Counted from the first letter of the stretch, positions 17,397 to 27,636 are shown. The stretch: 31,973 bases of DNA from a virus (IMGVR_UViG_3300010376_000096:1-31973), one strand, 5' to 3'. Notes: generated from the letters alone by a model not told the origin. Numbers and translations: made by a program.

Positions 17397-18263
17397 ATGG
17401 GCGGAAGCTCGAGCAGTCAGCAGCAGGCAACGACAACGTCAACGCCTAGCGCGCAGCAACAGCAGTTGATTAACCTTGGAATGCCCTTCGCGCAGCAGTA
17501 TGCAGGAAGCGGAGGTATTCAGCTTCCATCGCAGGCGCCTATTGCGGGGTTCACGCCGGCGCAACAAGCTGGACAGGCTATGGCAATCGGGGCCACTCCA
17601 ACGCAGCAGGGAGTGGTACAGAATGCCGCCCAGGGGACGAATTTCCTCACCTCAGGTGCCGCGCTCGACCCGAACACGAACCCTGGCCTCATGGGCTCGA
17701 TAAACTACGCTCTCGATCCCATTCAGCGCAACTTCACTCAAACCGTCCTCCCAGGTATTGCGAGCGGAGCCGCGGGCGTTGGTGGCTTCGGGGGCTCCAG
17801 ACAGGGGATTGCAGAGGGCATTGCTTCCCAGAACGAACAGCAGCAGGTCGCGGGAACTGTGAATAGCATGGTCAGCCAGAACTATCAAAACGCCCTGGAC
17901 CAGATTGCGAAGGGCGCTGCGGTGGCACCCGGCGTCGCGGAAGCGCAGGTCATTCCTGCTACGACTATGTCAGGCGTGGGTGATGTGCAACAAGCGCTGA
18001 ACCAGGCTCTCGCGACGTATGGCTTCCAGAGCCAGCTCTTTCCTCAAATGCAGCCGATCACGATGGCGGAGCAGCTTCTCGGCCTGTCGTCAGCGATCCC
18101 CGGAGGAACAACAACATCCTCCGGTACGGGGACGGCGCAGATGTCCCCACTCCAACAAGCGATTGGAATTGCGAGCATAGGCAGCTCACTCTTTGGAGGC
18201 TCAAACTCCCCATTCTCAAATATGATGGGAGGGTTGGGGAGCCTGGGAGCGATGTTCGCGTAG
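17397..18263 (+). CDS. DNA ejection/pilot protein 1
   Basis: MGGSSSS..TTTS N-terminus, AGFTPAQ, GGFGGSRQGIAEG, Gln/Ala/Gly-rich with hydrophobic C-terminus. Confidence 0.75.
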   Translation: MGGSSSSQQQATTTSTPSAQQQQLINLGMPFAQQYAGSGGIQLPSQAPIAGFTPAQQAGQAMAIGATPTQQGVVQNAAQGTNFLTSGAALDPNTNPGLMGSINYALDPIQRNFTQTVLPGIASGAAGVGGFGGSRQGIAEGIASQNEQQQVAGTVNSMVSQNYQNALDQIAKGAAVAPGVAEAQVIPATTMSGVGDVQQALNQALATYGFQSQLFPQMQPITMAEQLLGLSSAIPGGTTTSSGTGTAQMSPLQQAIGIASIGSSLFGGSNSPFSNMMGGLGSLGAMFA

Positions 18264-18272
18264 GAGATGTAA

Positions 18273-19433
18273 ATGGCCCTCGAAGATCAGGACTACAACG
18301 ACCCTTCGTATATGTGGGGAGGGGGTGGACGCACCCCCTTCAACTTCGCCATTGCGAATATGGCGGCGAATCCAGATCGCCACGGCGCCCTCGCGTCGCT
18401 CATGACATATCATGGCATCGAGCCGCCGGATGAACATTTCAGGTCGACGCCTTCCGAGGGCGAAGTGCGCCGCAGCCTGGGAAAGGCTTTTGCTCAGGCT
18501 GACACAGATGTGGCAACAGACGCAGGGAAGGGAAGTCCGCATCACATTCCAGACATAACCCCGGCGCAGGATTTCCGCAATTTGGGCAAAGTGCTCACTC
18601 CGAATTGGGATATGACGCCGAGGCCGCCGGGGCATCAGCAGCGCCCGCCTTCGGGCGGTCTAGGAGGTGAACAGCCGTCTCCTGCTTGGGCCGCGTCGCC
18701 CGTCGCAGCGCCCGAGGGCAACGTATCCCCCCAGGCGCCGGAGCAGACTTCTCAGCAGAGTATCGAGGGCGCATATCCCGAGGGCGTGGAGCCTCCTCGC
18801 ACTCCAGGCGCTTTCGGCGAGGGGATTCCACGAGAACAGATCCCCGATCGTGGACCTTTCACCCTTCCCCGACCGGATTTGGGTGCTATGCTTCGCCCGC
18901 AGCGTCCTGGACCGTATCCAGCGGAGGGGACAGGAGACATCAACGTTCCCGAGCCATCTAGGAAGGATGAAAGCAGAGTGGGAGCACTGCCGGACACGGC
19001 GCCCATCCCTGCCCATCGTGTGAAAACGGTGAGGGTGGCGCCCACGCCGGCTCCAGAGGCCGCGGCAGCTACGGGCGCCGCGCCCGAGCCAGATACGAGC
19101 GAGAAGCCGGGAAATTTGAATGTTCCAGAACCGGCGTCTGTCGAGGACAATTCTCACACTGTGCTACAAGCGGCGAAAGACGCTGCGGCGGCGCCACCAG
19201 AGAAGCCCGACAAGAAACAGAGTGATAGCCTCGCGAAGGCGCTCGCGGGCCTCCACGCGATCACCCCGAACATCCCGCAGCCCCATATCACGAACCCTCC
19301 GCCATTCCACCCAAACGCGGCGTGGTTGCGTTCGAACACGGCGGGGGATCTTCTGAAGGATATATTCGCCGCGAGCCATCCATCAGCTACTTTCCGTCTT
19401 GGTGAAGCATTGAGGGGAAAGAAGTTCGCTTAG
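18273..19433 (+). CDS. Pro-rich putative internal virion protein
   Basis: AGGAG SD; long low-complexity Pro/Glu/Ala region; within the ejection gene cluster. Confidence 0.6.
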   Translation: MALEDQDYNDPSYMWGGGGRTPFNFAIANMAANPDRHGALASLMTYHGIEPPDEHFRSTPSEGEVRRSLGKAFAQADTDVATDAGKGSPHHIPDITPAQDFRNLGKVLTPNWDMTPRPPGHQQRPPSGGLGGEQPSPAWAASPVAAPEGNVSPQAPEQTSQQSIEGAYPEGVEPPRTPGAFGEGIPREQIPDRGPFTLPRPDLGAMLRPQRPGPYPAEGTGDINVPEPSRKDESRVGALPDTAPIPAHRVKTVRVAPTPAPEAAAATGAAPEPDTSEKPGNLNVPEPASVEDNSHTVLQAAKDAAAAPPEKPDKKQSDSLAKALAGLHAITPNIPQPHITNPPPFHPNAAWLRSNTAGDLLKDIFAASHPSATFRLGEALRGKKFA

Positions 19434-19440
19434 GGAGGCC

Positions 19441-20184
19441 ATGATGGCCGATCAGGACGACGAAGAGGGCCCGGTTCCAGAGAGCCAACCGACCCAGCAA
19501 AATCAGCCTTCTCGCGCTGGCGGGGGTATGATGGATCTCGCGGGACGGTGGAACACATGGATGGATAACCCGTCCAACCGCGCCGCGCTGATGCAGTTTG
19601 GAATTGGGATGCTCACTCCCATGGCGGGGATGAGTGGACTGTGGCAAGCTGGATTTGCGTTGGGCCACGCAGGGGAGGCAGCGGCTTCGGTCCAGAAGCA
19701 AGAGAGGGAGCAACAAGCTCTCGAGCAAAAGGGCGAACTCCAGCAAGCTCAAGCAGAGCGGGCGAGACAACAGGCTGCTCATGAAGGCGAAATGACTCAG
19801 ATGAAGGCTGCAATGCTCGAGCAGCGGAAGGCGGAGGCTGATGCAAGGGAGAGGGAGAAAGAGGCGGCGACGGAACTCACGGCGCGGAGGGATTACGAGA
19901 AATATCGAACAAATCCTCTGCGGGACCCGAACGAACCTCTCATGTCCTTCGAACAATACTACCCAGGGTGGCGGGGACAACGAGGTGGACCTGCTCAGAA
20001 GGAAACCATATCCTCGACTCAGCTATTCTCGAGGCCTGGAATGTCCGCGGCGGTCCAGAAGGGTGGAGGGGATCCGGAGAGGCTCTTCAAAACCTTCATG
20101 GACCAGTACAACATCACAGATCCAGATGCCCTTCGCATCCGGCTTGGATTGAAGCCGTTAGGAAAGACAGGAGGAGGTACGTAA
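19441..20184 (+). CDS. Putative ejection protein with hydrophobic hairpin and coiled coil
   Basis: GGAGG SD; ALMQFGIGML...AGFALG followed by a Gln/Glu/Ala coiled coil. Confidence 0.65.
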   Translation: MMADQDDEEGPVPESQPTQQNQPSRAGGGMMDLAGRWNTWMDNPSNRAALMQFGIGMLTPMAGMSGLWQAGFALGHAGEAAASVQKQEREQQALEQKGELQQAQAERARQQAAHEGEMTQMKAAMLEQRKAEADAREREKEAATELTARRDYEKYRTNPLRDPNEPLMSFEQYYPGWRGQRGGPAQKETISSTQLFSRPGMSAAVQKGGGDPERLFKTFMDQYNITDPDALRIRLGLKPLGKTGGGT

Positions 20185-20586
20185 ATGGATCCGATGACAC
20201 TCTCAATGATGCTAGGTGGGATGATGCCTGGGAGCGCCGGGGCGCCCGCGGCGGGCGCTGCGGCAGGACAGGCCGCCGCTGGGCAACCTGGAGGCCTTCC
20301 TCAGCTGAGTCCAGCGGAGCAAGATCAGGCCATGCGGGACAAGATCGGTAAGAACCTACGGGAACAGGCCACTCAGGTCGAGAAGATGGGAGCGCAGGGA
20401 GGGCAGCAGAATCCTGCCCAACAGCAGTTCCAAGCAATGAACCGGCCTGCGGTCGCTCCGACGCCGCCTCCAGCGCCCGTTCCGCGCCCCGGCGCGGGTC
20501 AGATGAACCCGCAGCAGATGGCCCCTCTCCTCGCTATGATGGGCCTGGCTCCTAGCGGACCGATGCCGGGAGGGATGCCCGTATGA
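20185..20586 (+). CDS. Gln/Pro/Gly/Met-rich low-complexity protein
   Basis: GGAGG SD; abuts the previous stop; ATGA overlap with the next gene. Confidence 0.6.
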   Translation: MDPMTLSMMLGGMMPGSAGAPAAGAAAGQAAAGQPGGLPQLSPAEQDQAMRDKIGKNLREQATQVEKMGAQGGQQNPAQQQFQAMNRPAVAPTPPPAPVPRPGAGQMNPQQMAPLLAMMGLAPSGPMPGGMPV

Positions 20587-21017
20587 ACCCGCAGTTGATG
20601 GCGCTGTTGGCCTCCCTTCAAGGAAACCAGATGGGACAGGCACAGACGGGAGTGGGTCCGCCCTCGGCTCCGATGGGACCGGGCCCTGCAGGACCGCCGG
20701 CGCCTGGACAGGGCCCGAGCCCTCCTGGCTACCAACCAGCTGATGGAGGGCCGCCAGGTCCTCCAATGGCTGGCACATATGATGCCCAGTTTCCTCAGCA
20801 GAAAGGGGATATGTATAACCCCCCTTTCACGGGTCAGGAGGAAACAGGCAGCGGGTACGATCAGCAGCGCGACGCGCGTCCGGGCGCCATTCCTCCCATT
20901 CCAAGAAATGACCTTGGCGCGCTCTTGATGCCCACCCTCATCGGTCAACAGAGAGGCCCGATTCCCACCTCCTCCTTCGATTGGAACCAGGTCACTCGGA
21001 GTATGCTGAACCACTGA
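20583..21017 (+). CDS. Pro/Gly/Gln-rich low-complexity protein
   Basis: GGAGG SD; ATGA overlap; ends 1 nt before the giant gene. Confidence 0.6.
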   Translation: MNPQLMALLASLQGNQMGQAQTGVGPPSAPMGPGPAGPPAPGQGPSPPGYQPADGGPPGPPMAGTYDAQFPQQKGDMYNPPFTGQEETGSGYDQQRDARPGAIPPIPRNDLGALLMPTLIGQQRGPIPTSSFDWNQVTRSMLNH

Positions 21018-21018
21018 C

Positions 21019-24000
21019 ATGGACGACATGCAGCTCTACAAAGACCTCGCGGATTCGGGCTATACCCCGCCTTCGCCGCATATCGACGAGGCGGATAAAG
21101 ATCTCAAAATGAACCCGCAGGAAAAGTCCTTTTATGAAAGGCATTTGAAGAATTTGTGGGGTTCGGGAGGGGTGGATAATGAAGATGGGACGAGGTCGAG
21201 CCTCTCCCAGGCCACAGTGGGGGTGGATAATAAGACGTACAATATCCCCACAGTGTGGGATGGCCAGCATCTGTCGACGGATCAGGCGTTCGCGCGGGCG
21301 CAGAAGGAGGGGCTAGATAGCTTCCCTTCATATAATTCTCTGGAGGAAGCGCAAAGCCGTTATAACCGGATGCATGATTATATGCAGAAGGATACCGGCG
21401 ATTGGGCGGGGATGCGCCAGCAACAGCCGGATATGATCCGGATGCGAAGGGCGTTCCGAGATGCTGGCTACGACTGGCCGGAGCCGACGAGGCCCTCAGG
21501 GCTTCCTAAGAGTTCAGATGATAGTAGCGATCCGGGAATCTTCCGGCTCGCGACGACTGCGTTGTTCAGAGGAATGGGACAGGGAACGACAGCATTCGGT
21601 CAGGGTATTCAGGCAATGATGCCTGGGACGAAGCTGGCGGATTTTGCGAACGCGCCGCCGGAAACTCAGGATAAGGTTTCGAAGTTGTTGAAAACACGTA
21701 TTGGGGAAGGGTGGTCAGATCCGCAATGGTGGGCCGTGCAGCTGATGTCGGGAGCGGGGGAGTCGGCGCCCTCGGCGGCTCTAGGAGGCTTGGGAATAGT
21801 TGGAGGCGGGGCCGTTGGTGGTCCGGCGGGCGCACTTGCAGGCGGCGCTGCAGGGTTCGGGGTCGGGAGCTTTGTGCAGGATCTCGTTCCGGCGTATCAG
21901 AGAGCGAAGGCGGAAGGTCTGAGTGATAAGGATGCTACGACGAGGGCGATCGTGGACAGTGGAATCGCGGGCGCGTTCGGCGCTACGATGGGCTTGGTGC
22001 CTGGAATCTCCTTCTTCGGCAAAGAGTCGCAAGCGATGGCGAATGGGGAGATCGCTAAGGTCCTCCGGCGCCCCGTTATGGAGATGTTGACACAAATCGG
22101 TGTTGTGCAGCCGGCTCTCATGGGTGCTCAGACGGCAGCTACAGCTGTCGCTGAAGGCAAGGATATTGATCCGGGGGATATTTTCACCTCAGCCATAATG
22201 GGAGCGGGGACTGGGGGGATGCTCTTCGGCTCCCATTATGTGGGAGGGAAGATCGCTCGGGGATTGTATGGAAGGGGTGTCCCACCTGAGGCGCAGACGG
22301 CAGCTACTCCAAAAACAGCGGGAGAGGCGTTTGAGGCTGCTACTTCACAAGGGAAGGAGCCGCCTCCGGTGGGTCCTACGGCCGATGTGTATGATGAAAA
22401 ACAGGCGAAGGAGGCTGAGAAGGGCCAGGCTACGGAAGAAAAAGTAACCCCGAAGAAGATCAAGGAAATCAAAACTCCGGAGGAGGAGGAACAGGCCTAT
22501 AAAGACGCAGTTGATTTTGTTCAAGGAAGGGAGACCGTCGGAACAAGTGTGATCCAGCGGCAGCTGGGGTTGAGGTATGGTGCGGCGGCTAATATCATCG
22601 ACCGGATGGAGAAGGAAGGAATTGTCAGCCCTCCGGATTCGAGAGGGAAGAGGACGGTTTTGAAGGAAGAGGCGGCGCCGGCGGAAGCGCCGGAGAAGAA
22701 GAAAGTCGAAGTTCCTTCGGAGCCGGAGGGGGGTGATTTGTACGATCGTGCGGTTGATTTGACGAAACAGAAAGGAGGGACGGTCACGCCTTCCGACATT
22801 CAACAGCAATTGGTGAATGAAGGGTATGGTGTTTCTCGAGACGATGCACAGGGAATGCTTGATCGGATGGAAAAGGAGGGTGTAGTTGGCCCGAAAAATC
22901 CATTCGGACACCGGCAAGTCATGGCTGAAGCCACGCCGGAAGAGATGGCGAAAGCTCAAGCGGTGGGAGAGGAAGCAGCGCCTCCGCAAGCTGCAGCACC
23001 GGCTCCTCGACCGAAGAGGGGGAAAGGGTTAGGAGGGAAAGCGGAGGGAGGGAAAGCTCCTTCGGCGAAAGAGCTAACGGGGCTAAGTGAGGAGGAATGG
23101 CTCTCGAAGGATCTGACTAATATTCCTGGAGGGGGGAGTAGAGATTGGGCGTATGAGGTGAAGGTGTCTCGGAAGGGAGTAGGGAAACCGAAGGAAGTTC
23201 CACCTGAGGCGCAAAGGGAGATTGAGGGGGAGAGAGGAGAGCGGACTCTCGGCGGAATGGACAGGAAGGAATTCTATCGAGATCTGGCGAATGATATTCA
23301 CCACTATGGTCCGGCGTCAGCTACTGGACCCGAGTGGTCGAGATTCCTTCAGGATAACTCAGCCTTCATACGTGAGCATCCGACGGGGGTTTTGGATCTT
23401 CCCTCCTGGCTCGCAGATAAGTATGGGAAGATTAAGAAGGGAGATCTTCTCGCACATCTGGGGCAGCAGCAGATTGTGGATCATACTACGTACCTGCCAG
23501 TCACGATAGCCCATCGTGTGTCTCCTGGACCGTACACAAACCATGCAGAGCGGAATCTTTACTGGAAACCGTTGAATGGACGGCTGACTCCGGAGACAGT
23601 TGCCGTCGTTAGGACATCAGATAGGATTGATGTGGATGGGAAACATGTCCTCCACATCGAGGAAATCCGGCCGCCGGAGAGGCTCGGAGAACTCCCCTTT
23701 GGAACGAAGTTTCCGGAGGTGGTGTTCAAGAGGATGTTGAGGGTAGCAGCGGACGAGGGGTATGATAGGGTAACGTGGCCCACTGGGGATGCTCTAGCAG
23801 AAAGATATGCGGTCTCGCAGTATATTCCGCTCGATCATCCTCGAGCTATGTCATTCATGGAGAATGCGATCAAATTCTACGATGAGATATTGCCCACTAT
23901 TGCAGGCAACACAGCCATTATGCACGGCGTCGACGACGGATTTGTGAGACTGTTCAGAGATAATCTAAGTTCGCATTATATTGATGTGAGCCCAGCCGCG

Positions 24001-27000
24001 GGGAGCCGGGTGAGGCAGGGTAGTCCGGTTATGGCTGCTCCAATTACCCGGGACACAATCAGGATCGAGAGGGGGGTGGAAAGGAACTTCAACCCCGAGA
24101 CGCTGTCGAGGATGGGCGCCGTCGTGAGGGATATTGGGAAGAGGCTGGGGATTTCGAAGCCAGTTACCATAAGCTTCACGAGGGCGCAGCCGGCTTCCAT
24201 GATCTCCGCAGGGTTCAAGAGGACTCGAGGAGCGCAGTGGACGGACGCGACGGGATATCATATCTCCATCCACATGGATGAGTTTAGTGAGGGAGATATT
24301 CCTGGCATAGTGGGGGTTCTGGCTCATGAGATGGGGCATGCGGTCGAGAGGGATTTGTTTGAGAGAATGCCTCCATCCGTTAAGGCGATAATTAGAGCGG
24401 AGCATGATAGATGGCGACAGCAGGCGGAGAGGGGGACGTATAGTGAGATGATCCTGTCGAAGTCTCCCATGACGGTGCTGTCGGATTTCGAGAGCTTCAA
24501 TAAAGATCCGATGCTGAGCTTGACACCAAAAGACCAGGAGTATTGGCTCAGCTTCAAAGAATGGTTCGCAGATCAGGTTGCTCGATGGGCCACGACCTCG
24601 GCGAAGCCGATGGGGCTTCTCGAGCGGTCGATCCAGGGCATTGGGAAGGCGGTGAGGTGGGTTCATGAGCAGATGCTCGGGAGGTTTGGAATTAAGAATG
24701 CGAATCCTTCGGATGTGATGAAGGGGTGGTTGGATTCCCATCTGAGCGACGCGGAGCCATTTGGAGCGGATGTGTATGGGGAGTATCAGCTCCGGACCAT
24801 CCAGGATTCGAAGCAAGCGTTTATCAGGGATGGGACGCCGGAAGTGTCGGCTGTTCCTTTGCATATCACGAGTGTGCAGGGGAGAGATATTCTGGCGAAT
24901 GCTTCGAGGGAGATCGAGGGACTGAAGGTCGAGGGCGCCGCGGCGTTCGCCGGACATGCTGACCGGATGAATGGATTCTATCGATGGATGACTAGCCTTC
25001 CCCAGCTCGCAGAGATGAACCCGCACGTCAAACAGCTTCAGAAGCAAGTCGAGGGAATGAAGTTCTTTAATATCGAGCTGAGGAACGATGCGGATTTGTG
25101 GTTGTCGACGGCGCATATGTTTCGAAGGCTCGGGGGACCGCAGGCGGAAGCGGTCGCGAAGCTGATGGATCAATGGGGAAATATGCGCTATCGGACTCCG
25201 GATGAGATTGCTCTGAATATCCAGCGGCATCCGTCGAGGGATGAATTTGAAAAGATGGTGAGGGATAATGGGGTCTCGGAGCAGGGGCTGAACGTCTTCA
25301 AAAAGATGGTTGCGGATCTGGGCACGAGGTTGGATCAGATACAGCTCCACCTCGAGCAGAAGGCCATGAAGATCTCGGACCCGCAGGCGCAGGCGGAGGC
25401 GCTGCAGAACGCTAAGGACGCGATCGCGACCATTAAGTCGAGGCCTTATTTCCCAATCACCCGGAGGGGGATGTTCAACGCCCTTATTCACAGGAATGGT
25501 GAACCGACGGGTTTCCGACGCTTCGATACGGAGAAGCAGAGGGATGCCTGGGCGAATAAGATGGAAGGGCAGATTAAGCCGGATGAAAAGATTTCGAGAG
25601 GGAAGTTCAACAAAGACACGGAGCCGATGTTTAATCTTCCTCAGCAGTTGCTGGATACGTATGAGAAGGGGGATTTCAAACTCTCCCAGAGCCAACGCGG
25701 CGCGATGAAGCTTTTGAAGTATGAGCATCTTGTGGATCCTGCATATCAGGATCCCATGGATGCGAAGATGCTGATGAGGAGCTATGCAAAATTCTTCTTT
25801 CATTCTGGGAGGTATTTTGCTAGAGCAAAGTGGATTGATCAGTTCAACGAGAATATTAGGTCTCTGAGAATGGAGAGGTTTAATCGAGAGAACTCGGATA
25901 AGATTGATGATATGGCGAATTTCATGGCGAAGCATCGTGACTATGTCATGGATCCGAAATCGGATTTCGCGGCGCTGCGGGGCTTGATTTTCAACATGCG
26001 GTTGGGCTTCTCTCCCACAACAGCCTCTCTCTACCTCACCCAGACGCCGTTGGGCACCATACCGTGGCTCGAGGCGCACTTCGGGAATGGCAAGGGAGTG
26101 CTCGCAGTATCGAAGGCGATGCTGAGGACGAAGAACTATTATAGCTCGGATAAGGTAAAGGCATCGACGGCCTCAGAGCTTCGGCTGACGAGAGAGGGTC
26201 AGAGGCTGGGAGCGCTGGATGCGGGCGCTGCGCCGGCGCTCGCAGGGATGAGCGAGGATAGAAATCTGCCGCCTTCCTTCGGGGGGAATAAGCTGGAGGC
26301 GGCTTATAATAAATGGCAGGAGACAGCAGGGACGCTGTTGCATCTCGCAGATTCGTTTAACAGAAAGACAGCCTACGACGCGGCGTCTCAGCTCGCCCTT
26401 GAGAACCCCTCGGCGAAATATCTAGATCGGGTAGAGCAGGCGTATCCGCAAACGTACGAGGATCTGATAAACAAGGGCTATACGAGAGATGAAGCTCGAG
26501 CAGTCCTCGCTGGAATGCATACTGTCGATCAAACCCACTTCACATACCAGAGGTGGGCGCGGCCGCAGTTCATGTGGGGAGGTGTGAGGTCATCCCTATT
26601 CATGTTCCAGTTCTGGAAGCAGAACATGCTATTCATGCTCTGGAACTATCCAAGTGTGGCGGTTAGGTCGCTTTTGGTGATGTCGGCAATGGCGGGGATG
26701 GCTGGGCTGCCGTTTGCTCAGGATATCAAGGGATTGTTGAAGGCGGTAGGGTGGCAGCTTTTTGGGAAGGATTGGGATATTGAGAAAGAAATCCGAGAGT
26801 GGGTGGAGTCTACGTTTGATGGCCGTGTAGATCCGGACATCCTGCTTCATGGGCTGTCGAGGAATAGTATGGGCATCCCGCAGGTGCTGGACGCGATGGG
26901 ACATGTGCCGTATCCTAACCTCGATCGCTCCTCGGCGATCGGGGTGGGGGATGTGCTGTCTTTCCTGCCCCTCGAACAGCTCGGCCCGAAGAAGGATCCG

Positions 27001-27636
27001 CAGAGGGCGCTGGCGCGAATTGAGCAGGACGCGGCGGGTGCGGCCTTCGGCTTCGGGGCGGATTTGTATAACTTCCTTATCGCTTCGAAGCTGGATTGGA
27101 CAGACGCAAAGCGATGGGAAAGGGTGATGCCTCATGCGATGCTCAATGCATCGCGAGCTTTTCGTTGGTATAGGGAGGGGATGGAAAGGGACCAGAGTGG
27201 GAACCCTGTTGTGAAGTTCGACCCACACGATACTACGCAGATGATGGAGATCCTTGCACGCGCTGCGGGTTATAATCCCACCCGGCTCACGGCGCAATAC
27301 GAAATGCGAACCATGATGGAGGATCGGAAACAGTTCTGGGAGCTGAAGAAGCAGGGGATTATGGAGCAGTTCTGGCAGACTGTGAAGACGCAGGACGGGG
27401 ATGCGAGGAAGCGCGTGATGGGGGCGATTAGGGAGTTCAACGCCACTCTCCCGGCGGAGATGAAGCCGATGGTTGCAATTACGGGGGAGGGGATCGACGC
27501 GATGATTAAGAGGAAGATGGAGGTGAAGATGGAGCGTGAGAGGGGGACGGCGCCGCCGAAGGAGATGCCGCTTCTTCGATCGATCCAACGATTGTTCCCG
27601 AGCGCCGACAGTGTGGCGAGGCAGACGGTGAGGTGA
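21019..27636 (+). CDS. Giant (2205 aa) polyvalent internal virion/ejection protein
   Basis: Gly/Ala hydrophobic segments, two FtsK-gamma-like domains (22498-22662, 22735-22923), HEMGH zincin motif (24325-24339) with downstream EWFA, PLxRFG-like YFPITRRG (about 25447), helical C-terminus; last gene of the structural operon. Confidence 0.85.
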   Translation: MDDMQLYKDLADSGYTPPSPHIDEADKDLKMNPQEKSFYERHLKNLWGSGGVDNEDGTRSSLSQATVGVDNKTYNIPTVWDGQHLSTDQAFARAQKEGLDSFPSYNSLEEAQSRYNRMHDYMQKDTGDWAGMRQQQPDMIRMRRAFRDAGYDWPEPTRPSGLPKSSDDSSDPGIFRLATTALFRGMGQGTTAFGQGIQAMMPGTKLADFANAPPETQDKVSKLLKTRIGEGWSDPQWWAVQLMSGAGESAPSAALGGLGIVGGGAVGGPAGALAGGAAGFGVGSFVQDLVPAYQRAKAEGLSDKDATTRAIVDSGIAGAFGATMGLVPGISFFGKESQAMANGEIAKVLRRPVMEMLTQIGVVQPALMGAQTAATAVAEGKDIDPGDIFTSAIMGAGTGGMLFGSHYVGGKIARGLYGRGVPPEAQTAATPKTAGEAFEAATSQGKEPPPVGPTADVYDEKQAKEAEKGQATEEKVTPKKIKEIKTPEEEEQAYKDAVDFVQGRETVGTSVIQRQLGLRYGAAANIIDRMEKEGIVSPPDSRGKRTVLKEEAAPAEAPEKKKVEVPSEPEGGDLYDRAVDLTKQKGGTVTPSDIQQQLVNEGYGVSRDDAQGMLDRMEKEGVVGPKNPFGHRQVMAEATPEEMAKAQAVGEEAAPPQAAAPAPRPKRGKGLGGKAEGGKAPSAKELTGLSEEEWLSKDLTNIPGGGSRDWAYEVKVSRKGVGKPKEVPPEAQREIEGERGERTLGGMDRKEFYRDLANDIHHYGPASATGPEWSRFLQDNSAFIREHPTGVLDLPSWLADKYGKIKKGDLLAHLGQQQIVDHTTYLPVTIAHRVSPGPYTNHAERNLYWKPLNGRLTPETVAVVRTSDRIDVDGKHVLHIEEIRPPERLGELPFGTKFPEVVFKRMLRVAADEGYDRVTWPTGDALAERYAVSQYIPLDHPRAMSFMENAIKFYDEILPTIAGNTAIMHGVDDGFVRLFRDNLSSHYIDVSPAAGSRVRQGSPVMAAPITRDTIRIERGVERNFNPETLSRMGAVVRDIGKRLGISKPVTISFTRAQPASMISAGFKRTRGAQWTDATGYHISIHMDEFSEGDIPGIVGVLAHEMGHAVERDLFERMPPSVKAIIRAEHDRWRQQAERGTYSEMILSKSPMTVLSDFESFNKDPMLSLTPKDQEYWLSFKEWFADQVARWATTSAKPMGLLERSIQGIGKAVRWVHEQMLGRFGIKNANPSDVMKGWLDSHLSDAEPFGADVYGEYQLRTIQDSKQAFIRDGTPEVSAVPLHITSVQGRDILANASREIEGLKVEGAAAFAGHADRMNGFYRWMTSLPQLAEMNPHVKQLQKQVEGMKFFNIELRNDADLWLSTAHMFRRLGGPQAEAVAKLMDQWGNMRYRTPDEIALNIQRHPSRDEFEKMVRDNGVSEQGLNVFKKMVADLGTRLDQIQLHLEQKAMKISDPQAQAEALQNAKDAIATIKSRPYFPITRRGMFNALIHRNGEPTGFRRFDTEKQRDAWANKMEGQIKPDEKISRGKFNKDTEPMFNLPQQLLDTYEKGDFKLSQSQRGAMKLLKYEHLVDPAYQDPMDAKMLMRSYAKFFFHSGRYFARAKWIDQFNENIRSLRMERFNRENSDKIDDMANFMAKHRDYVMDPKSDFAALRGLIFNMRLGFSPTTASLYLTQTPLGTIPWLEAHFGNGKGVLAVSKAMLRTKNYYSSDKVKASTASELRLTREGQRLGALDAGAAPALAGMSEDRNLPPSFGGNKLEAAYNKWQETAGTLLHLADSFNRKTAYDAASQLALENPSAKYLDRVEQAYPQTYEDLINKGYTRDEARAVLAGMHTVDQTHFTYQRWARPQFMWGGVRSSLFMFQFWKQNMLFMLWNYPSVAVRSLLVMSAMAGMAGLPFAQDIKGLLKAVGWQLFGKDWDIEKEIREWVESTFDGRVDPDILLHGLSRNSMGIPQVLDAMGHVPYPNLDRSSAIGVGDVLSFLPLEQLGPKKDPQRALARIEQDAAGAAFGFGADLYNFLIASKLDWTDAKRWERVMPHAMLNASRAFRWYREGMERDQSGNPVVKFDPHDTTQMMEILARAAGYNPTRLTAQYEMRTMMEDRKQFWELKKQGIMEQFWQTVKTQDGDARKRVMGAIREFNATLPAEMKPMVAITGEGIDAMIKRKMEVKMERERGTAPPKEMPLLRSIQRLFPSADSVARQTVR

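Noticed and set aside
23965-26079. 704-aa antisense ORF (also 26629-27828, 399 aa) inside the giant gene
   Set aside because: Arg/His/Pro/Leu-rich with no motifs; a typical shadow frame of a codon-biased sense gene.
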